Source: Amoeboaphelidium protococcarum X5 (Eukaryota > Fungi > Aphelidiomycota). Taken from it: DNA of 64,000 nt. Position 1 is the stretch's first letter. Each line of letters starts with the position of its first letter. Below, piece after piece: positions 50,834 to 64,000 of this stretch. Where the stretch lies: assembly GCA_023515725.1 (NCBI GenBank), contig JALDTO010000098.1:1390164-1454163 (forward strand), given 5' to 3'. The position numbers and the translations under genes are program-made. The notes beneath the pieces are model-generated. The model saw only the letters and a list, made by a program, of their open reading frames with translations, ran no database searches and had not been told where the DNA came from.

Positions 50834-53008
50834 TCATAGATTTGATATAGCTGGATTTACCGCTTCTTCTACTTGTAATGACAGTTCAGCTGCCTTCCGA
50901 GCAGTCACCATTATGTCATTCAGTTGCGTTTGATCGCTGAGAATGCTTTTAATACTTTTAGACTCCATGCTTGACTTTTAATAAAGCTTCGCTATAAATG
51001 TACCCACAAGCGAGTCACCTGCGCCTGTGACATTTACTATATCCTTTATAGTCGCCGGTTGATAATGACAGACTTTAAGAGTGGCATCTTTCTTTTAGCA
51101 TATCGCGACGCCATTTCCACCCATCTTTAGCAATGTTATCGGAATAAATTCCGCAGTTTAACGCAGAGCTTACACAATCTATGGTGATATATCTTTACAG
51201 CCTTGATCATACACTGCAATGCCACTCTGATTAAAATGCTTACATTCAAAGTTACTATTTCCTGCTTCATTACTTGTTATCAATTTAGATACAGCTAGGA
51301 GCTCATCAATATTTGGAGACCATAAATCGACTAGCGACGTAAAATTACGCGATAGTACCTCTGAAAACCAAGCAGTACATTTGGGAACGCTCGTAGGCTC
51401 GAAAGCTATAAACGCGTCGTGTTACTTGGCAGTATTCATCATCTCGATAGTGAACTTGTGTGGCAAATTGGCATCAAAGCATATCATTTGCGTGCCATTC
51501 TAATACTGACTGTTTTTGTATATCAGCTGAATAAATTGATTAATAATCAGTTACTGCAAACGCATCGATGGCCTTTCCAAAAGTTCCATTGATGCTCCAG
51601 CAACTATCAGCTTGCCTTAAGAATCCAGAATAGCATTGTAAATCGGACTATTAAAATCGCATTACGGGTCACTGACAAAACTGTATCCCATGTTATTGTA
51701 CTAGGAACTCAGTTGATCATCTTGTGCGCCATTTTTATTGACGGAGACTGGTGAGAGAAGGTGGACACTCTTGGGAATCTTGAGGACTCTTTAACACGCC
51801 TCAGCTGCGTTCCTAGCCACTCCACCAGCCAGATAGCGCGTAGTGGATGGTGAACTAGTCTCCAAGAAATTATCGGATTTATCCTTCAGCTTGGTAATGA
51901 TATCCACAGCGGCCGCACCAACAAAGACGGGCTTATTAGTTACTACACCGCTATTGCTGCGAGTCTAAGCTACCTGTAAAGGTTGCTTGTCAGCCGCGAT
52001 TCACCTCAGCTTCAACGCAATGTCTCTAGCAACTGCAGCATTGTTCTTTACTAGAGCAATATTAGCTTTCAACGATTCGCCTTTAGTAAGCTCAGATATT
52101 CTTTTCAAAAGATATGGAGTAGTCTCTTTGCCTGAGATGCCCAACTTTACAGATTCATCCAGTGCTTAGAATATTGCATCATTAATCAACTTACCACACT
52201 CGGCGTTTTCAGATGGAATAGGAGCAGCTATCACCATTCCCTTTCTATTTCTAACCGCGCGATGCATTTGCAATGCCGTAGCCACCTCTTCAATAGTAGA
52301 AATCACAAGCGGGCTTTTATGCTCCGATTCTGGTGTATAAAACGAGGGAAACATGGCATCTTTATCTTGACTAAGAGTCACAACAGGAACACCTTAAGTC
52401 TCTAAATACTCCAATGTTAGACCGATATCAAGAACGCTCTTTGCCCCGGCACAAACAACACCAACACCATGAGTATCTTAGTTCAACGGCGTACCAAGCT
52501 CCATAAGATCTGCAGAGATATCGAACGTGTTTTACGCATTTCTGTGCACACCACCAATGCCACCTGTACAAAATAGAGGAATATTGAGCAGAGATGCAAT
52601 ATACAGCGTGGAAGACACGGTGGTAGCTCCGATATCATCAAATCCAGATTTCAGCTTTCCTCTTGCTAAAATATACGCCATATCACGCGTACTACACTTC
52701 ATTGCCTTCTATCCAATCTGTGCCAATCTCTCCAGCTCATCCAGGTCCATCCCAACTTTCGCTTAACCATTCCATAGACATATAGGGGCAGCCAGAACCT
52801 GCCCATCACTTTAAGTCTCGACAATATCAATCAGCGCTTTCGTAGTCTCGTGGTTCTGAGGGTACGGCATACCATGAGTGATTATCGTAGACTCTAACGC
52901 AACAACGGGAGTTTTATCATGCAGAGCTTGAACTATTTTTGGATGGACATCAATCCAAGATGGGAATTTACGCGTAATTTACTTTCCAATTTGACCAATT
53001 GCTTACAT
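50834..53008 (-). CDS. Pseudouridine-5'-phosphate glycosidase / PfkB kinase fusion
   Basis: [36 protein letters not shown]; C-terminal GGVARN and VNVTGAGDS. Confidence 0.9.
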
Positions 53009-53110
53009 TATTCTTTCTATACAATGATGTATAAACGTTTAAATGAAAAATTTGCAAAGAAAGGGAGAAAAAGCATTTCTTCATATGGTACAAAACAGCT
53101 GCATTATTAA

Positions 53111-53860
53111 TCAAATGGTCAGAATCCACAGGTGATAAGTTCTCACCACACCAGACTCTGAGTCCTTGTAGCCAATGCATTTCCCATGACGCTCAATCTT
53201 CAGGCCCACGGAGTGAAACAGCGATTCCATTTCGGCGCGCGAGAAAGACGACAGTTCCTGTTTCAGCGATTCGGGCAGATGTTCCGGTATGGTAAGGCAA
53301 AGGATAGAGGACTCGGATTTCATAAAACGCACAGCATTGCTCAAGAACGCTACCGGATCCCTGATAAAGTCCATCACGCCGACGCAGAGAAGAATGTCAT
53401 AAGCTGAACCGGTGAGTGCATCAGGATACGGGTAAGACTCTAGATCGTGCTAGATCAATTCGCGGAAATTCAGCCGTTCCTTCGCCCTGTCCAACATCTC
53501 TTTAGTCGCATCAACACCATAGAAATCGAAAGAGTAATCGGTGCATGCCTTTTAATACTTTGCGAATGGAGCACAGCTTTAACCTGTTCCACATCCCAGA
53601 TCCAGCACTGACAGCGACTCGCTTCCCTCTAATTATTATTTAATCAATGGAGACAAAGTTCTGGCAAATTATGCACGCTCACGAAACCAACTCAGTGCCC
53701 AGTTAAACAGAATAGTGGGCGACGGATAACTTGCATCGCCATCAGCAGTAGAATCCACTTCCTTGTCATATTACTCGGCATATTTAGCATAAAATTTTTA
53801 GATTTCAGTCGTGTCCCACATTTCTTTTTATGTTCCGTGCTGCTCTTGTACGATTGGCAT
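53111..53860 (-). CDS. Class I SAM-dependent methyltransferase
   Basis: VLDLGCGTG, YGVDAT..ML, YDILLCVGVMDF. Confidence 0.8.
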
Positions 53861-54014
53861 TTTTAATGTACTATATCTGTTGCTGTATAATGTTGGTAAG
53901 AGTTACTTATAGTGGCAAAACTGAGTCGGGTGATAATTTCCAAAGGAGAAAGACGCGTTAAAGCATGACGCGAAACAGACCGAGAGAGAGCCTAGAGCAA
54001 TAATATGAATGAAT

Positions 54015-55415
54015 TCATTATTATTATTTTACAAAGCCATCAAAGTATTTAACAAGTTCCACAATTTGCTTTTTCTTCTCCTAGAGGACATCATACTATA
54101 GGCGTAAAGGCTCTAGCTCCTAGTCTAATTGATTCACTTTGACCGTAAGTTTCTCGTCTTACTGCTTCACGCTTAAAAGATAGTCATATAAGGAGTTCAA
54201 AATGACATCTTGGTTCTTTCTAGATATCTGAGGATATGTATTTCGGGATCTATCTGGTTAATCTAGATTAAGGGCCTGCATCACATTTTTCAATGATGCA
54301 TATTCGCGTTTCGTAATGGATATCTAATCCTGGATGGAATTCAGAATGCAATACTTGTCTTTAATGCCATCAGTCGCTTTGGACAGAATGCTATACAGAC
54401 TCTACAAACGCTTAACAAAGGCAGTCCATTCTGCATCGCTTGGCATAGATTTTCTTAGAATTTAAATCTCTTCCATCCATGTGGCAAGTTCTTCTTGTTT
54501 ATGACTTATCACTGAATTTATGGTAACAACACGCTGTTCGCCATCTCTGATATCATTAGCTAGTTGCACCTTTTACTGCTTGGCAGTTTTAAGATTTTGT
54601 ATTTAAATTTCAGCCTACTGGATTAAAACCTGCTTCTATTGCAATTGGTCTTTCTAAGTCTCTTATACTTGATGTAATTACTGATTAACCTGCTCTTGGC
54701 TTTGCATTAACGAGGCAATTTACTGTACCTCTTCAGAGTCTTAATGATTATCGACATGTGCCAAGTTACTTACTATGGAACTTTAGGGGGAATATCGCTT
54801 CAACTAATTCAACTCATCTTCCAATTGATCAATTTCCACCATAAGAGGAATCAAGTTGAAAGCAATTTAAGAATGATCTTCTTCAGTAGACTTTACGTAG
54901 TATTCCAAAGCTTTACTCTTCCAGAAATCAAATGCACTGTGATTAAAGCTACCAGATAACGCGTCTGCACCTCGATTTCTAGCATTCTAAATAGATTCAA
55001 GTAGAAAGGAGAATACCTTAGTAATGGCAGGAAGATCAAGTCCTTGAATCTGATGAGGCTCCAGTTCAGTCACATAAGCAGGTACGTATACGCCCAATCT
55101 ATCTGCGAGGAAACGTTCATCGCGTAAGCAGTCAACCACCACCTCTGAGAGTGCAATCTTATGGCCAAGTGGTGCATTTTATGAGTAGTCTAAAAGCAGA
55201 TCACTCATCCATGGGGCATTATTTAATGTCATCTATTCTTGATCATGAGAATTGCCATTGTGATCTCCAAGCAATGATATTGATATCACACACCAAGCAA
55301 ATCCCTCAAGAATTTTATCAAATATACCCAACTCTCCTGATAAAGCTCTATAATATCCAAGATTAGTCAAAATAGCTATCAATTATTGCTCTTCAGAATG
55401 ATTATATGATGACAT
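54015..55415 (-). CDS. CCDC93: CCDC93-like coiled-coil protein
   Basis: ILTNLGYYRAL..FDKILEGFAWCV, CPH, long coiled coil. Confidence 0.65.
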
Positions 55416-55603
55416 TTTGAGTTGGCTCTCCTAATGATGTTTTCATCCAGGGTGTTAAATTCAACGTGATGAAAAGGCGATCCTATTAGTGGTAAAATCA
55501 ACCTAGAACAATCAGAAAGTACAAGACAAGATAAAAAATATAATTCCATTTAAATAGATTAAATAATAATTTGTCGTAATCATGTAGTAAAAATACTTGG
55601 AAA

Positions 55604-56242
55604 TCAGCGCTTACGATCTTCGCGGACCTCAATGGCGCGGCCAGACATGTCAAGCCCATTCAGTTCCTGGATGGCCTTTTGGCATTCATCTTCAGTAGCG
55701 AATGCCAAAGTACCCCAGCCGCGACTCTTACCATCAAAGCCAACAGCAACATCTGCGCGCAGTGGATCTAATCCTTTCTGCTTGGCGACGTCCTTCAAAT
55801 CTTGCCACTGGACAGACCACGGCAGATTGCCAACGAACACTTAAAACTTTTGTGCACCATACTCCTCGCCAGCACCTCTTCCCTGGAAACCACCGCTTCC
55901 GTTGTTGTATCCCTGACCGCGAGAACCGCTGCCTTAACGGCGGTTAGCCTGCTGATCCTCACGCACAGTCAACACACGCCCATTCACCTCCTGACCATTG
56001 AATTGCTGGATCGCTTTCTAAGCATCATCGACATTACTGAAGCGCACAATACCAAATCCCTTAGAGCGGTTGTCCATGGAGCGAGGAATGTCAACGTAAA
56101 CAACATCGCCCACAGGCTTAAACATATCCTTCAACTCTTACCAGCGCATAGCCCATGGAAGGTTGCCAACATACAGCGATGTTCCATCCCCGCTATCACC
56201 AGTCTACTGCATCGGTTACTACTATTAATCGTACTCGGCCAT
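55604..56242 (-). CDS. Two-RRM RNA-binding protein (Gbp2/Hrb1/hnRNP M-like)
   Basis: LYVGNLPW..RWQELKD..SKGFG; FVGNLPWSVQWQDLKD..SRGWG. Confidence 0.85.
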
Positions 56243-56759
56243 AACGTCAATCTCCCTTCACAACAATGACACTATTATAGTTTGATCTCGGCAAACTTGA
56301 ATCCCACCGCAGAAAGAAAGACGCGCCCACGGCGACGTGCGTTCTGACTTTGCTGAAGGCGATCCAGTTGAATGCCAGCGTAGCGATAAACAAAGTGAGA
56401 GCCCCTGAATTTAATGATAGGCGCGTAAGTTCTCGGCGATGTCAAAGTTGATCAACTGGATTGAAATAAGGTTAGGCGACTGTGAACACGATGGAATCTT
56501 GGAAAATGGTTTTTGGTTAATAACTAAAAATTTGAATGTGTTTATTTCAGGTGCAATTAAGTGTTCTGATATGACTAAGAGCATTTCAAAACGATCAAGT
56601 TTACACCAATATATATTTAGCAAGCCTTTCTAACCAAAACTGACACATCAAGTCAGCCTGGGGATAGAGCCTGCATTGTGAGAAATTAATGCGTAATTCA
56701 ACGATAAGAACGACAATTAAGAACAATACAAACCAAATATCTATAAGGCCAAATTTAAA

Positions 56760-57311
56760 TCAACGACCACCACGCGATGAGAATCCACCGCGACCGCCTC
56801 TACCAGATCCACCGCGGAAGCCGCCTCTTGGAGAACCACGACCACCTCTACCGGCACCAGCTCCACCACGGCCAAATGAGCCACCGCGTCCTCCTCTACC
56901 ACCGCGACCGGAAAAGCCACCTGCAGGCTTCTTGACGCGTGCAGTAGCAGTCTTTGGCTTGGGAAGGAATCGCTCGAGGGGCAGCAGTTTATCACCAGCG
57001 ATATACACCTTGTCACCAGCGGAAAACGATGTAGCCACCATACCTTCACCCATCTTCACGGTGAAGAAGACCTCATTGATAGGCCCGAGAATTTCATCAA
57101 CCTTGCCAATTTGAGTCTTATTCTGCAGATATATAGGAGCATTGAAGTATGGGATTTTGACATTAGTCGACTTGCACACCATCTCACCCTCGGTGGCATG
57201 AGCGAACGTACCCATCTCAAACACTTGATCAGGAGGGCCAGTTTAGAAAGATTAATTACCGCGTTATCCACCGCGTCCACCTCTAAATCCACCTCGATTG
57301 AACGGTGCCAT
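56760..57311 (-). CDS. GAR1: H/ACA snoRNP protein Gar1
   Basis: [40 protein letters not shown] tails. Confidence 0.97.
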
Positions 57312-57490
57312 ATTAAGACGTGTAGTAGATTGTTGGATTTGAATATACGAGAAAAGAGAGAAAGAGAAGAGTTTTTGACGCGTTTTCATCTAAAGAAAAA
57401 ACTCTTTGCAACCTTTTCATCTCTGTAAATACAGTTGTTGATACTTTAAAAATTTTCAATTATAATCATCACATCTACCTTCTTAATATT

Positions 57491-58903
57491 ATGGGAAATA
57501 CAAAGCTTTTGGTTTCTACTATCAAGCAGCTGGCCGATAATGATGCTACTCTACGTGATAAAGCCTTTTAAGAATTGCAGAAAAGTCTATAGCATCTGAT
57601 TGATGAGCAGGACGATGATCAATTTCGGTTGAACGTTCTCAAGATTTAGAAGGGATTGTTCTATTACATGTGGATGTGTGATAAGCCTGTTAATCAAGAA
57701 AGAGCTGCCAATGGTATTGCTAGCCTGATTTTCATGATGGCCGATGATGATGCGGTGGTTTGTATGGAATTGCTACGTGGCTTTTGGATCATTATGGCAA
57801 GGGAATGGGCGAAAATTGATAAATATCGTCTCGACAAGTTTTATCTTTTGGTGAAACGCGTTATGGTCGCCACGTTTGAGTTTCTGATTTCAGTGGAACA
57901 CGATGCTGTATTGTTTGAGGCGTGCATTGAGCTGTATCAGGATGTTTTGATGTCATCGGTGCTCAATGTTGATGATCCACAGCGATGTCCGCGCGGTCTT
58001 TTGTATCATTTGACTGGTTACTACTTGACTTGCTATCAAGAGGCAGTTGAAAGTAGTCAACAAAAATTTGTTATGGAGAACTAATCAGAGTTTTACCACT
58101 ATCTATTAGTATTTCCTCAGTACGTGAATGAGGTTATTTTAACCGCTCTCGAGCAGTCCAAGAAGTTGGGAAACGTCTAGTTTGATAAGATTTGGCTTGA
58201 GAAACTGCAAAATGAGATGTTCTCTCAGTGTTCATCTACAGAGCATTTCTCGTTCGATCAAGACAAGTATTTTGCTCAAGTGAACAAAATTGCTAATGCT
58301 CTGGCTAGTTACTCTAATGAAGGCGTGTAAAAGTTTTAGTCGGTGATGAGGAAGATTTTGCCTTTTTATGATGAAGTAACTTAGACAATGTGTAGTCAAG
58401 AGACTGTATCACAATATCCCAACACTATTGTCAAATCATATGCTGGTGCGTGGTTGGTTCGTGATCTGAGTCAATGTTGTTCAGTGGATTCTCTGAAATA
58501 GTTGGACAATAATATCCAGACTAGCAAGTCGGTTCAATTTAGCCCGATGAAAAAGATTTAAACATTTTAAAAGCAAGAAATTATATCCAAGAACTCTGGT
58601 ATGAATAAAGTCGTGTCTGTTGAAAGTGACAAGAAATCTCTTACGCCTGTCAAATCTTTAATCAAGAAGCGCGGTAATGTTGTCTCGGTTGATCCACCAA
58701 TTGAGATGGAGATTGTTCATAACGACAATGATTATGAGGAGCTGTATGAAGAAGGTGATTCCGACGCTGAGTATTTTGATGATGGCATGGACGGATATGG
58801 CGAAGGCGAGGAGATGGACGAAGATGAGGAAGTATACATGTTTAATCACGACAATCAAGGTGAAGATTTTTCTGAAGATGGTGAATCAATGAACGAAGAT
58901 TGA
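57491..58903 (+). CDS. RRP1: Rrp1/Nop52-family ribosome biogenesis protein
   Basis: KQLADND..RDKA, KGLFYYMWMCDKP..Q, REWAKIDKYRLDKFYLL; acidic tail. Confidence 0.9.
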
Positions 58904-59129
58904 GTTTGTGACAAAATATATTCTCACAATATATATCATTGTTAGATTTTTATATGACCTCTTTGTCGCGAATATTACTATAGAGATGATCAAGCTTATT
59001 TAATTCTTCCGACTCTAGTGTTTTAAATCTGAAACAATTGACACCTTGGTATTATAAAAAACCCATAAACGAAAGAGAATGCATATTAATTTAGTACTCA
59101 ACTATCCAATTCATTAAATTCAATAAGCG

Positions 59130-60548
59130 TCAATTCCTATTATTCAACCTGGTGGTGATATCGCGCAGAACACACTACCTTTTCGATTGGAGTACGCGCA
59201 CATTTTTTATGGAATGCCGCATAGTGTCAACGTCAGATCGGGTATCATTAATGCGCTTGAGTAAGTGTTAAAGATCGTTACGCAACTTGAGCTCAACAGC
59301 AGAGGAATGATGTTACATAAATTGCAACCTCAACTGATTAAGCTATTCTTCCTTCTGTTGAGTGGTGGCCTCCAATTTGTCCCTTTTAGCCTTCAACTTT
59401 TAACATTGCGACTCAGCAGAACGTATCTAGCTCAACTGTTGGCTGTCTGCATTCTCCCACTGATCGCGAAGACGCGCTTATTCAGTTTCAAACTTTCTCT
59501 GTTACTATTCTTGCTTGTGAATCAGCTACTTCTTTTGAATATCAATCTAACTATACAAATGTTCTACTCTCTCATCATCGTGAGTGATGTGATCCAGCAG
59601 TTTCAGCAATCTACTCTCAGAGGACGCCAGTTATTGCAGTTTAGCTTTGAGATTAAGAGCCTGAGAGTCAGAATGTACGACGAGCAACTTTCGATACTTT
59701 TCATTGATCAATCTAAACTTGGCACTCAATGGAGAATCGAACGTGTCTTTATGTTCAGTGAAATCCATTTTAGTGATATTTTCTTCATTAAAGTCATTGA
59801 ATGTAGACATGGGAGACCTGTCGTTATTAGGATGATCAATTTCTAATCGCTCTGTTTCAAGTTTCGAAACGAAATCATCCACGGCAAATTCTTCTTCAAT
59901 AACATTTTCTTCAACCTACGCCTGGATTGTTTCTCCAACGTCACCGTGATCAAGAGTCTCCTCAACCAGAGAATTTTCAAATCCAAACTAAATCCACACT
60001 TCAGGCAGTTGGCCTATTTTTTCAAAACAATCTTAAAGCACTGCATTGTTGACCTATAGAGGAATCCACGCCTCGATTATGTTCTATTCTTCAAAGTCTT
60101 GCACTTTTAAATTGATTGAACCATACTCTATTGAATTGGACTATGTGTAGGCATTCAGAGTTACTTCAATATAAGCCGCGTTCAAATCCAGAAATGTGCG
60201 CAGCTGTTAAATACTCGCTTTATCATCACCACTTAAAATTTACTCTTAATCAGAGTTCAATTAAATGTCCCATACAAAATCCTCATCAAAATACAATTTC
60301 TCATTCTTCAATGTCTACTTTTCGCTTTTCAAAACTGCATCTGGTTGTTCAGAATTAAGTGTCGCTTACTTGAAACTCAACTATGCTTTCAAGTCAAAAT
60401 GGACATCCTAAGGTAAACTGGTCTACAGCTTCGAGCTCAAGAACTCTGTTGGCAAGCGAACATTGCGTACTACACTATGCAACGATGCTTATCATATGTC
60501 TACTGATTTACTGAACTTACATTGCAAAACTGATACAAAAATGTTCAT
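59130..60548 (-). CDS. Hypothetical coiled-coil protein (5' exon structure uncertain)
   Basis: Long Q/E/K-rich open frame to TGA at 59130; GTAAGT..TGTAG intron near the start. Confidence 0.5.
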
Positions 60549-60681
60549 GTCACTATCTTCTTAGTCTTATTACAATTCCCTTCTAACAAAGTTTCAGCAA
60601 AAACAAAAGTAGACGCTATGAAACAAGCGCATAAAACAAAATATACAATATAATAAATAAAAAATAAAAAATTAACTTAAT

Positions 60682-62121
60682 TCATTTCTAGCGTCTTTTT
60701 CTAGCCTGGGAGGGAGACTTGACAGCATCGTATTTATCTGAAGCTGGCTCATTAAGCTTTGTTGACAGTTCTTCAACCGGCGATAGTGAGAGATCGCCAT
60801 CGGCAGGAAGTGGACGTCTCTCAATCGCAACGGGCGAAGGTGAAGGCGATTGATAGTATGGCTAGTGTGGATAAAGGAGGAACTTCCATACAGCATAAGC
60901 AGATAAAGCCAGTCCAATGAGAGCCCAAAATACCATCCATTGCCAGGGAATCCAGCCAAAACCTTCACCGCGACTAAATTTGATACAAATCAGTGTTTCA
61001 GTTTAAACAACAGCAATGGTTAGCCATGCGTTATGACCAAGCTTCTTACAGGTAGGATCAGTCAGATATTAGTAAATCTCTTTAATCGCGGCAGTGCCTG
61101 AAAGAAACAATAGCAATAATCGTATTACATTCAGTTGATTCGAAGGCGGAATCCACAGCAAGTACTTGAGATAGAAGGCGTTCAATTCCCCCTGCAGAAA
61201 TACGATGCAAATCAAGATTATAGTCAAAAAATGCTTAAAACTCCTGGTGTAGGCCCATTCAAATTTGGTCCAGTCCAGCGGTGTAAATTGACCAACAACT
61301 CGTCGCATTCTAGAATACGGACGACCACGCCATTCATAAGTCTTAATCTCAAAGTACTGACACGCTCTCATCCCACAATACAATCCAAGCCAATTACAGA
61401 CCAGTACATCCAATATCCAATGATCCCACCAGCACTCTGCAAAATTTGGCAATTATGTCTGCAGCGAGTACTCCAAGAACTCAAAGGCAACTGAGAGTAT
61501 CCACCCAATATAGTAATCACGCAGCATTAATCCTTTACAGAACCATCCGACTGAGTGAGCAATCACAAAAACATCAAAGAGCTGAGGTAGAAAATTCTTC
61601 TTAAACTGAGACCAAGAGCTAGTGATATCACAATCTGCAGCGTAAGACTTCTCTCCTAAAGCTACACCCAGAGATGGATCGAACCAGTCCTTGAGAAGTT
61701 GGCGAGCCGCATGCTTAGGCTGGAACAAGACAAAAGTGAGCATAAGGAGATACCACGCAGTCATCGCCGTGGCCACTCTCCAGAATATTGGATGTGGACG
61801 TATGAATGGCGATGGAGGGAACATCAACACTATGAGAGAGCAGAATACAAAAAACACTGCAATAAGGCCAACTTTTGCATCTCCTAGCTTATCATGAGTA
61901 TACACAGCTGAATTCCATCCAAACAAAGATCCGACTGAGCGAGAATCTGTATAATCAGTCTATTCAACAAGTGCGACATGCAGGAAATAGGCAAGCATAA
62001 GTACAAGCACAGAGATAGTATGAGGCTTGTAAAAGAACTCTACCACCTTGTTCTGCTCTTCCTCCCTGAAGGTAGAAGTCGATACACTTTTATGTAATTC
62101 TTCTCCACGTCTACTAGTCAT
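60682..62121 (-). CDS. Base-exchange phosphatidylserine synthase (PTDSS/PSS family)
   Basis: FYKPHTI, PFIRPHPIFWR, EKSYAADC, FEFLEYSL, PNFAECWWDHWILDVLVCN, ELNAFYLKYLLW. Confidence 0.92.
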
Positions 62122-62343
62122 TTGAATGATATATTTCCTAATGAGACTTATACGCAACGTGTCAGGTAGAATCACGAAGGGCAAATGCCACAGAAGGAAT
62201 TGAAAGGAAAGATTCGTCAGCGATCGCGTTTCATTCTAACTATTTCTAACACGACTCATTAAAACAATCGCATGTACTGTATAGTAAATAGAGAGATAGT
62301 AATAGCAAAACGATAACAAATTAAAAGATTCTAATAAATAAAT

Positions 62344-64000
62344 TCACATGTAAATTACATCGCTTATGTATACGGGATATGATACCCAGCCAAACCATGT
62401 AAGTTGACTCATTGCAATGCGATATTCTTACTTCACTTCTTAATTGCCATACAAGTCTGCATCTGGGGTCCAACTGATCAGATAGTCCAGTTTCGTTGGC
62501 TATGTGATTTTCAATTTACCCAATCGCTCCATGATCTCTAATGTCTCTTGGCGTTGACCATCTTCAACAATATCAGATGACGACACGCGAGCAATTTCAA
62601 TGGCCAAAGTAGCATGACGCGTCCAGAATGTAAACTACTCCTCAGAAACACTAATTTGGACGATAAACTTGTTCATTTAATTAACCGTCGCCATTGTCGG
62701 CAGAGAGGGATACTTGAAACAGACGTCAATCTTTTCTGACATTTGCCGTTGATTATCGCTGTGGCTGCACTGAAACGAGTAAGCTGGTTATTATGATTAT
62801 GAGTCTATCGCAGACACTTGGGACTAAAACACCAGCTATGTGGGCATACAGCTAATTATAGCAGCTACTTATAGTATGAGTGAAGCTTTTAAATTCATTT
62901 ATGACGCGATTTATTTGATAGCGAATGTTGATGCAAGTACAAGAAGAAAAAAGTGATATTGTCGAAGTTCATTTAGTCACGATCATTTGATACCAGCCAA
63001 TCAGCTTGCAGTATTTCTTATTGTTTGCTTATCAATTCCCTTTCGACTTGGTCTTGTTGATATTCTGCATCGTCCACGCTTGTAGTAATATGCATTATAG
63101 CACTGTAATTTGGTCTAATTTGGAGTATACAAACTGACTGGATACTTGATGAACTGTGCATGATGGGATGCGATGAGCTGGCAGCCTCAATTGTTGAGAA
63201 GCATCACAATTCCATTCCATCTCATGACAAAAGATAATAACTAAACAATGTCAACCTAATAGCCAGAAGTTTCATATCCAAAGTTGAGTGGCGTTGAAGC
63301 GTAAGGGGAATCTGCAGAGACATTGCTTGAGCCACACGCTGCTTTAATTCGCGACATTGGTGCTGTATCTTAAAGCACGCTGTCGTATGATCTTCGCGTC
63401 TAAAATGTTAGTTAACGCGCTGCAAAGAACCATCTATTTGATGGAAATGTTCCCCTTGCGTGGCTGTTTGCTAATGGTGTGATTGTAAAGGATCCAGTGG
63501 AATTAGCATTAACTGCCGTAAGTGAAGATGAAAAATTTCCTGATTGGCTTGATGGTTATGTGGTTTATTTCGTTGGTCCAGGATTATTTGACATTGAGTA
63601 TGTTAATCGCGAGACTGGGCAGTTGTCGTGCTTTACTCTGAGTTAGTGGTAGGATGGGCTTCTTATGGTTCATAAGTACACGTTTTAGAAAGTGGGTGAT
63701 GGCATCGGCCGCGTCTTGTATCAATCTTCTCTGCCATGCTCGATGGCTATGGAGAGATTGCGGTAATATGCTCAAGATTACTCATTCGTTTATGATCAGA
63801 AATTGCATCCCAATAGTCTGATATCAGACGCGATAAGAAAGAAGAAGGTGAGTGAAAAGCTATCTTCAGAAGATGCCGCTGTAGGAAGTAGTGGTTGTTT
63901 CGTGTCTGTTGCCAGTGGGGAGTAGGCGTCACCTGAATCGACCGCATAAGAGAAGTCTCTATTTCTATTTGGGGCTTAAAATCTAGTACAAGAATTGGAT
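62344..64000 (-). CDS. Hypothetical protein, 3' part (S/Q/N-rich; 5' end outside window)
   Basis: Open frame(s) under TAR=Gln ending in TGA at 62344; no family recognised. Confidence 0.5.

Overview
Gene-dense, intron-poor eukaryotic chromosome segment from a fungus-related organism. TAA and TAG are read as Gln and TGA is the only stop, so the supplied standard-code ORF track is fragmented. That code plus the holomycotan gene set points to an aphelid such as Amoeboaphelidium (inference). Re-read in this code, the window holds about 33 host genes (PPOX, NCS2, SAM decarboxylase, IMP4, LCB1, profilin, ValRS, TSC2, NDUFS7, DBP5, NFS1, GAR1 and others) and three tRNA genes. The accessory elements are hidden under the standard code. 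(1) An intact 804-aa Fanzor1-type TnpB-like RuvC nuclease (11421-13835) followed by a structured candidate omega-RNA. (2) A decayed Fanzor2/IS607-type nuclease (43671-45885) whose zinc-finger segment lacks the CxxC pairs, with its own multibranch candidate omega-RNA. (3) An intact 810-aa Crypton-like tyrosine recombinase bracketed by 15-bp direct repeats, with an adjacent pseudoknot. (4) LTR-like repeats 25-27 bp upstream of tRNA genes. (5) Copia debris. (6) An unassigned, heavily base-paired ~730-nt non-coding region (16909-17630). All translations and foldings were done by eye; no database search or folding program was run.
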